64,000 nucleotides of DNA. It comes from Methanobacteriota archaeon (GTDB lineage Archaea > Thermoplasmatota > E2 > DHVEG-1). The notes under the pieces are model-generated. The model did not search any database. It was not told the origin of the DNA and was given only the letters and a program-made list of their open reading frames with translations. The position numbers and the translations under genes were made by a program. Shown piece by piece: positions 57,833-64,000 of this stretch. The first letter of the stretch is position 1. Each line of letters begins with the position of its first letter. The DNA lies in the NCBI GenBank assembly GCA_903877165.1, contig CAIRCU010000014.1:2280-66279 (forward strand). Direction: 5' to 3'.

Positions 57833-58361
57833 GAGAATTCTCGTTGGCGTCCTTGGGGCGCTTATGGTGTGTCTTGTCGTGAGTCTGAGCGGCTGTACGA
57901 GTACGAATCAGACGAGCAGCGTAGACAGTCGGCTCGTGGGCACATGGCAAGGATCGGTTGCTCTGTCGTCGTATTCAGGCAAAGGGAACTCGACGCTAAC
58001 TCAAATAACATTTACAGGCAGCAAGGCCGTGCTGACGACCGATAGCGATTTTGGAACGCGGACGATGAACGCGACGTACCAGATCTCAGCAGGTTCGTTG
58101 GTCCTGGAGCCGCAGTTCACACATGACTTCGGGGGACAACAGCCGCCGCTCAACAATGGCACCGGACCATCGGGGAACTGGACTAATAGGACGCGGCCGA
58201 ACTGGAATGGTTCGAACCGGTCTTGGTCGCCAAATGGGACCTGGAACGGCATGCCGCCGCAAGGCAACATGCCGCAGATGGCGATGACGTTTACCTATCG
58301 TTTTAATGAAGGTGACACGGTCCTGTATCTCAACAACGTGGCGTTCACGAAGGTCTCCTAA
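57825..58361 (+). CDS. Putative lipoprotein (lipobox LSGC)
   Basis: The GTG start overlaps the permease stop. The signal peptide ends in SLSGC. N-rich mature part, no family recognised. Confidence 0.45.
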   Translation: MNKRILVGVLGALMVCLVVSLSGCTSTNQTSSVDSRLVGTWQGSVALSSYSGKGNSTLTQITFTGSKAVLTTDSDFGTRTMNATYQISAGSLVLEPQFTHDFGGQQPPLNNGTGPSGNWTNRTRPNWNGSNRSWSPNGTWNGMPPQGNMPQMAMTFTYRFNEGDTVLYLNNVAFTKVS

Positions 58362-58392
58362 CGCGTGAAAACCGTTAGAAAAAAAGAGAAGT

Positions 58393-58430
58393 GGGAGTGC
58401 GACCGTAGCGGTCGTACTCCGCCTGTTTTT
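58393..58430 (+). terminator. Hairpin GGAGTGCGACCG-TAG-CGGTCGTACTCC followed by TTTTTT
   Basis: Read directly from the sequence, 32 nt after the stop at 58361. It has a 12-bp stem with one G-T pair. Confidence 0.55.
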
Positions 58431-58770
58431 TCCTGTTTTAGGCCGCGGTGATCTTGACGAAGAAGAGGAAGATCTTCCCGGTGATGGTCACCATAGCTGA
58501 GGGGCCGCTTGGGATCCAGGCCTCGATCTTGATATAGGTCTGCCCGAACCCGAGGACCGCCTTGAGACTTCAGAGAGGCTGAGGCGTGGCCTGCGAGTGT
58601 CTTAATAAATGAACCACCCTTTTCGTCTATCAATATCATTCGTGTCAAATAAATGTATAGTTTAGGGTTGGGCATCGGAAGCGGGCGAAAACAGACAAAA
58701 GTAATTAAATAGCGACCAAGATAACAAGTGCAGGACCTTATTGAAAGGTGAGAGAAGGGGATTCAAACCT

Positions 58771-60432
58771 ATGGAGAGATCCAGTGTACGAAGTATGAAA
58801 GCTTGCGCCATAGCCCTGCTAATCTGCGCCGTGCTACTCATGACGTCGCTGAGCGGCTGCGTTCAACAAAACCAAACGACCATCAAAAACCCGACGACCT
58901 ACGTCCGGTACGACATCGGGGAACCAAAAACCCTGGATCCCGCCGAGGCCTACGACTCTGCATCCTGCGACATTGTGAACAACATGTACGATCGGCTCGT
59001 TACCTACCACGGCAACGACACTCTCCATATCTACCCATCCCTCGCCCTGAACTGGACCGTCGCCAGCGACCAGCTTACATGGACCTTCCACCTGCGTCAC
59101 GACGTCCTTTTCTCCAATGGCGACCCCATGAATGCCACTGATGTAAAATACTCCTTTAACCGCGTCATAACCGTCAACTCACCGGACTCTAGCGTCGCCT
59201 GGATCCTTGAGCAGTGCATGAATCTCAACAGCACGACTATTATCGACCCATACACCGTGCAAATCAAGCTCACCAACACCTACGGAGGGTTCCTCGCGCT
59301 CCTCGCCTTCAGCGTCGCCTCCATCGTCGACATGAAGACGGTCGAGGCGAACGGCGGCATCGTCGCGAACACGGATAACGAATGGATGAAGGAGAACGGG
59401 GTCGGTACCGGGCCGTACCAACTTGACCACTGGACCCACAACTCCGAGGTTGTCCTCGCCAAGAACCTGAATTACTGGGGCGGCTGGAGCGGACAGCACG
59501 TCGACACCGTCGTCGTCAAATCCGCGGACGAGGCCTCCACCCGCATCCTTGCCCTAGAGAACGGCGACGCGGACTTCGCGTATATCCCATATGGGAACCT
59601 CGTTGATATCAATAACAAAACCGGCCTCTTCACCGTTCAGGAGCCCAGCTACAACGTCGTCCTCGGACTCTTCGACACCGTGAGCTCTAACAAGTTCATG
59701 GCCGACAAAGAAGTCCGCCGCGCACTCAGCTACGCTTTCAACTACCAATCCGCCATCGACGACGCCTTCAACAGTTACCTCTACCGCCTCCCGGGCTGCA
59801 TCCCCAAGGGAATGCCCTACTACAACACCCAGAACAATGGTACCTCCGTCTACAACTACAACCTCGCCATGGCAGACCAGATTCTCAACCAGTCCGGCTA
59901 CCTACGCGACTTCAACTTTAAGGGTACATACTACCGGTTCAACAACACCGCTATCCGACTCTGGTACAACTCCGGTAATGCCGAGCGGCAGAAGATGGCG
60001 CTCAGCTTCCAGCAGGCCCTCACGGATCTCGGAATCAACTCCATTGTCAGCACCGAAGGCTGGCCCCAGTACCTCAACCGCATGTACCACACCAACGAAT
60101 GGGACTTCATGTTCCTCGGATGGATGCCGGACTACAACGACCCAGACGACTACATCGCCCCCTTCGTCGGCAGCGCGGCAAACGGCGGCGACACCTTCCA
60201 CACCGGCTGGGCTAACGCCTCCGTCGACAGCTACATCAACCAGGGGAAATACACCGTCGATCCCACTGCCAGAGCAGCAGCCTACACCGCAGCCTTCAAC
60301 ATTTACATCAACGACCCCAGCATGATCTTCATCGGACAAGAAACCTACACCCGCGGTATGCGCACCTGGCTGCACGGATACTCCTACAATCCGGTCCTCG
60401 AGTACTACTACTATGACTACTACAAGGCCTAA
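58771..60432 (+). CDS. ABC transporter substrate-binding lipoprotein, family 5 (peptide/nickel, OppA/DppA-like)
   Basis: Lipobox SLSGC, then the blocks EP.TLDPA.AYD, L.W.F.LR..V.F..G and GTGPY. About 550 aa. Confidence 0.88.
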   Translation: MERSSVRSMKACAIALLICAVLLMTSLSGCVQQNQTTIKNPTTYVRYDIGEPKTLDPAEAYDSASCDIVNNMYDRLVTYHGNDTLHIYPSLALNWTVASDQLTWTFHLRHDVLFSNGDPMNATDVKYSFNRVITVNSPDSSVAWILEQCMNLNSTTIIDPYTVQIKLTNTYGGFLALLAFSVASIVDMKTVEANGGIVANTDNEWMKENGVGTGPYQLDHWTHNSEVVLAKNLNYWGGWSGQHVDTVVVKSADEASTRILALENGDADFAYIPYGNLVDINNKTGLFTVQEPSYNVVLGLFDTVSSNKFMADKEVRRALSYAFNYQSAIDDAFNSYLYRLPGCIPKGMPYYNTQNNGTSVYNYNLAMADQILNQSGYLRDFNFKGTYYRFNNTAIRLWYNSGNAERQKMALSFQQALTDLGINSIVSTEGWPQYLNRMYHTNEWDFMFLGWMPDYNDPDDYIAPFVGSAANGGDTFHTGWANASVDSYINQGKYTVDPTARAAAYTAAFNIYINDPSMIFIGQETYTRGMRTWLHGYSYNPVLEYYYYDYYKA

Positions 60433-60471
60433 ACCCTAAACCACCCCCTCTCCCCTTTCTTTCCCTTTTCC

Positions 60472-61494
60472 ATGAAGACCTGGGAATATATCGTACGCAG
60501 GCTCATACTGCTCATCCCCGTCATCATAGGGGTCACCATCATCACCTTCACAGTCTCCCATGTGATCCCCGCGGACCCGGCCAGGGCCTTCGCCGGCGGC
60601 CCCAAGGCCCAACCCGAGGCCATCGCCCACATTAGAGCAGAACTCCACCTCGACGAACCCCTCTGGAAACAATACTTCTTCTACCTCAACGATCTAATCC
60701 ACCTCAATCTCGGAAAATCCTATCTCGAAAACCGCCCTGTCTTAGAAAGCCTCAGGGATTACTTCCCGGCTACGTTCGAACTCACCATGGTGGCAATGCT
60801 CATCGCAGTCCCCTTAGGCATCATCGGCGGCATCATCTCCGCCATCAAACAGAATAAAATCTCCGACCATTTCTCAAGAATTATCGCTATCGTCGGCTAC
60901 TCCCTACCCATCTTTTGGTTGGCACTCATGCTACAATACCTCTTCGCCTACCTGGTCCCTATCCTCCCCCTCGAAGGCCGCCTCTCTGTCGGTATGGTCC
61001 CCCCAACGACCATCACCGGATTCTACGTCATCGACAGCATCCTCACCGGAAACGTCGCCACCCTCTCCTCCTCACTTCTGCATCTCATCCTCCCAGCCTT
61101 CACCCTGGGATTCTCCACGCTCGCCATCATCCTGCGTATGACCCGATCCAGCATGCTTGAGGTCATGAGCGCCGACTACATCCGTACAGCCCGCGCCAAA
61201 GGCGTCCCCGAACGAAAAGTCATCTACCAACACGGACTGCGTAACGCCCTCATTCCCACCCTCACGGTCATCGGCCTGCAGTTCGGCGCCCTCCTCAGCG
61301 GCGCCGTCCTCACCGAGACCATCTTCAACTGGCCAGGCATGGGCCGTTTTGCAGCCAACGCGGTCCTCGGCCTGGACTTCAACTCAGTCATGGGATTCAC
61401 CCTCATCGTCGCCATCATCTACGTCATCGCCAACCTCATCGTCGACCTCCTCTATGCTATGGTCGACCCCCGTGTAAAACTAGGAGGAGGATAA
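60472..61494 (+). CDS. Peptide/nickel ABC permease (OppB/DppB-like)
   Basis: The N-terminal block YI.RRL....P...GV....F and the EAA-type loop YIRTARAKG. 340 aa. Confidence 0.9.
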   Translation: MKTWEYIVRRLILLIPVIIGVTIITFTVSHVIPADPARAFAGGPKAQPEAIAHIRAELHLDEPLWKQYFFYLNDLIHLNLGKSYLENRPVLESLRDYFPATFELTMVAMLIAVPLGIIGGIISAIKQNKISDHFSRIIAIVGYSLPIFWLALMLQYLFAYLVPILPLEGRLSVGMVPPTTITGFYVIDSILTGNVATLSSSLLHLILPAFTLGFSTLAIILRMTRSSMLEVMSADYIRTARAKGVPERKVIYQHGLRNALIPTLTVIGLQFGALLSGAVLTETIFNWPGMGRFAANAVLGLDFNSVMGFTLIVAIIYVIANLIVDLLYAMVDPRVKLGGG

Positions 61495-61565
61495 CCGTCG
61501 CAGGACCCCGGAGACTCCAGGCATTCCTGAAGCGCAACGAATCCCGGGTCAAAGACCTGCGCTTC

Positions 61566-62438
61566 ATGCTACATCTCTTCCGCCGCAGCCTCCTCTCCAT
61601 GATCGGCCTCGTCCTCATCCTCTTCCTCATCATCGTCGCCCTCTTCGCCCCCCTCATCGCCAGCGAACACCCCTCCTACGTCGAAGTACAAACAGAGCAG
61701 GGAACCACCCGGGTGGAAGAACGCTGGGAAATCCACTTCGACCGAAAACTCCAGTCCCCTAGCCTCCAACACCTCTTCGGCACCGACGACTACGGACGCG
61801 ACATCTTCAGCATGATTGTATACGGCTCACAGACCTCGCTGCGCATCTGCCTTATGGTCGTCATCATCTCCACCCTCGCCGGCATCATCCTCGGCGGACT
61901 CGCCGGGTACTTCGGCGGCGTCATCGACGAAGTCCTCATGCGCATCACCGACGTCTTCCTCGCCATCCCGTACCTCATCCTTGCCCTGGCCGTCGCCGCC
62001 GCCCTCGGCCGCAGCATCGACCACATTATGGAAGCCATGATCATCACCTGGTGGCCCTCCTATGCCCGGCTGTTCCGCGGCCAAGTCCTTGCCATCCGCG
62101 AACAACAGTACGTCGAAGCCGCCCGCAGCGTCGGTGCCAGCAACAGCCGCATCCTCTTCCGCCACATCCTCCCCAACTCCATTGCACCCCTCATAGTCGA
62201 GATCACGCTAGATCTCGGCGCAGTGCTTCTGGTGGCCGCAGGCCTCAGCTTCATCGGCCTCGGCGCCTCCCCCGGGACCGCAGAATGGGGACTCATGATC
62301 TCCGAGGGACGCACCCTTATGTTCCACGCCTGGTGGTACGTCACCTTCCCAGGACTCGCCATCCTCTTCGTCGTCCTCGGCTTCAACCTCCTCGGCGACG
62401 GCCTCCGAGACGTCACCGACCCCAAACTCAGGAGATAA
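61566..62438 (+). CDS. Peptide/nickel ABC permease (OppC/DppC-like)
   Basis: The HLFGTD..GRD motif and the YVEAARS.GAS loop. The frame is open about 75 nt upstream without an ATG/GTG/TTG, so the start is uncertain. Confidence 0.88.
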   Translation: MLHLFRRSLLSMIGLVLILFLIIVALFAPLIASEHPSYVEVQTEQGTTRVEERWEIHFDRKLQSPSLQHLFGTDDYGRDIFSMIVYGSQTSLRICLMVVIISTLAGIILGGLAGYFGGVIDEVLMRITDVFLAIPYLILALAVAAALGRSIDHIMEAMIITWWPSYARLFRGQVLAIREQQYVEAARSVGASNSRILFRHILPNSIAPLIVEITLDLGAVLLVAAGLSFIGLGASPGTAEWGLMISEGRTLMFHAWWYVTFPGLAILFVVLGFNLLGDGLRDVTDPKLRR

Positions 62439-62454
62439 ACAAAAGAGACACGCC

Positions 62455-63528
62455 ATGACTGAAACTCCCCTCCTCAGCATCCGAGACCTTAAAACCTACT
62501 TTTACACCTACGAAGGCGTCGTCAAGGCTCTCGAGGCGACCAGCTTCGACATCTGGAAAGGGGAGACCTTCGGACTGATCGGAGAGACCGGCTGCGGTAA
62601 AAGCGTCACTGCCCTCTCCGTCATGCAACTGATTCCCCAGCCCCCCGGCCGAATCATGTCCGGTTCCATCCTCTTCAACGGCGTCGACCTCCTCAAGGAG
62701 CCGGAGAAGACGCTACAGCAGCTCCGCGGCTGCGCCATCTCCATGATCTTCCAAGAGCCCATGACGGCGCTCAACCCCGTCTACAACATCGGCAGGCAGA
62801 TCGCCGAGGTCATCCTACTCCACAAGGACCTCACTGAAGTCCCCCAGAAAAACACCAGGAACCCGATCACACACCGACGCATCCAACGAGCGCGGAAGAA
62901 ACGGGCGTTCGAAAAAGCCATCGAAGCCCTGGACATGGTTAAGATCTCAGACCCCAAGAAAGTCGCCCGCCAATACCCCCATGAACTCTCAGGAGGGATG
63001 CGACAGCGGGCGATGATTGCCATGATGCTTGCCTGCGACCCAGACCTCCTCATCGCAGATGAACCGACGACCGCACTCGACGTCACCGTCCAAGCACAGA
63101 TCCTCGACCTGATGAAAGAGCTGCAGCACCGCAAAGGCACCGCGATCTGGCTCATCACCCATAACCTCGGGGTCATCGCGGAGATGTGCGATCGGGTCGG
63201 CGTCATGTACGCCGGATACATTGTCGAAATCGGCAAAACCGAAAAAATCTTTGAGAACCCAGACCATCCCTACACCAGAGGACTTCTGAGATCTATCCCG
63301 CTCATTATGGAGGAACGCCAGCGACTCGAGATTATCCCAGGCAGCGTCCCCAACCTCATCACCCCACCGGAAGGCTGTCGGTTCCATCCCCGATGCAAGT
63401 ACCAGATGGACATCTGCAAGACCTGCGCCCCACCGCTCGTGGAGGTCGAGCCGGACCACTGCGTCGCCTGCCATCGGTTCGCGGACGTGAAATACTCGGT
63501 GGTCGGTGAGGAGGAGAAACATGGATGA
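62455..63528 (+). CDS. Peptide/nickel ABC ATP-binding protein (OppD/DppD-like) with C-terminal oligopeptide-type extension
   Basis: Walker A GETGCGKS, signature LSGGMRQR, Walker B LIADEPTTALD and the C-terminal PGC.F..RC block. Confidence 0.92.
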   Translation: MTETPLLSIRDLKTYFYTYEGVVKALEATSFDIWKGETFGLIGETGCGKSVTALSVMQLIPQPPGRIMSGSILFNGVDLLKEPEKTLQQLRGCAISMIFQEPMTALNPVYNIGRQIAEVILLHKDLTEVPQKNTRNPITHRRIQRARKKRAFEKAIEALDMVKISDPKKVARQYPHELSGGMRQRAMIAMMLACDPDLLIADEPTTALDVTVQAQILDLMKELQHRKGTAIWLITHNLGVIAEMCDRVGVMYAGYIVEIGKTEKIFENPDHPYTRGLLRSIPLIMEERQRLEIIPGSVPNLITPPEGCRFHPRCKYQMDICKTCAPPLVEVEPDHCVACHRFADVKYSVVGEEEKHG

Positions 63529-64000
63529 GCCTCTGATTGACGCCAGCCATCTGAAGGCGTACTTCCCGGTGAAAAAGGGCATGTTCTCCTCGACAAAGGA
63601 CTATGTGAAGGCCGTCGACGACGTCTCCATTCAAATCCGCAAGGGTGAGACCTTCGGGCTGGTCGGAGAGTCCGGCTGCGGGAAGACGACGCTCGGACGG
63701 GTGCTGATCCATCTGCTGCCGCCGACGTCAGGGACTCTCGTGTTCATGGGCTCGAACCTCTCGGAGATCTCCAAGCATGAGTTACGGATGCTACGGCCGC
63801 ATATGCAGATTGTGTTCCAGGATCCTTCCTCCTCGTTGAACCCCCGGATGACGATCAAGCAGATCCTTAGTGAGCCGCTGCGTATCAACAAGCGGTACAA
63901 GGGCGAGGCGGTAACGACGAAGGTCCTGGATCTGTTGAAGACCGTGGGATTAGATAAGCAGCATCTGTATCGGTTCCCTCATGAGTTCAGCGGCGGGCAG
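63521..64000 (+). CDS. Peptide/nickel ABC ATP-binding protein (OppF/DppF-like), 3' end outside the window
   Basis: Hand translation from the ATG at 63521 gives MDEPLIDASHLKAYFPVKKG...GESGCGKTTLGR...HEFSGGQ. It overlaps the oppD-like stop by 8 nt and is not in the ORF track because it is truncated. Confidence 0.88.
   Translation, partial: MDEPLIDASHLKAYFPVKKGMFSSTKDYVKAVDDVSIQIRKGETFGLVGESGCGKTTLGRVLIHLLPPTSGTLVFMGSNLSEISKHELRMLRPHMQIVFQDPSSSLNPRMTIKQILSEPLRINKRYKGEAVTTKVLDLLKTVGLDKQHLYRFPHEFSGGQ

Overview
This 64-kb window is an archaeal chromosomal segment. Archaeal markers are the RFC large subunit, FEN-1, Nep1, PurP, a geranylgeranyl reductase, and two tRNAs without encoded CCA. The backbone is GC-rich with strong G/C third-codon positions. 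A Thermoplasmata/Methanomassiliicoccales-like origin is my inference only.

Backbone content:
- A permease, an MBL hydrolase, Amt, and a complete kdp K+-ATPase locus with unusual architecture.
- Many signal-peptide surface proteins: BNR and SDGGY beta-propellers, four NosD-like beta-helix modules, and Ig/CARDB-like domains.
- LemA-HtpX, a DhnA-type aldolase, PepD, ArgF, Nth, a ZIP transporter, and an LTXXQ protein followed by HtrA.
- A MacB-like ABC export module and an Opp/Dpp-type peptide ABC importer that runs off the right edge.

Accessory content:
- A visibly AT-rich island (~17.9-25.8 kb) abuts tRNA-Ser(GCU). It carries an S8 protease, an IS200-type element, an arylsulfotransferase-like propeller, an ICMT-like methyltransferase, a catalase and a membrane protein.
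- Inside that island, a 24-nt relic copy of the tRNA-Ser 3' end delimits a ~3.3-kb catalase islet.
- A small AT-rich HEPN/MNT toxin-antitoxin islet lies at ~47.6-49.2 kb.

Most interesting observations:
- A tightly coupled six-gene operon is built around an ArsS-type radical SAM/Cys-rich enzyme with both partner glycosyltransferases. There is no arsM in the window. The operon is bracketed by NosD-like proteins and a YedF-C/DsrE-like gene.
- Full-length KdpC is fused in frame to full-length KdpA, and two kinase-less KdpD-derived genes flank the operon.
- Phased 11-bp A(A/T)TTGGGA repeats lie upstream of three consecutive envelope-related transcription units.
- A C-terminal module is shared by three unrelated secreted proteins.

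No CRISPR array, rRNA or integrase gene was seen. All family assignments come from motif recognition by eye and need HMM/BLAST confirmation.
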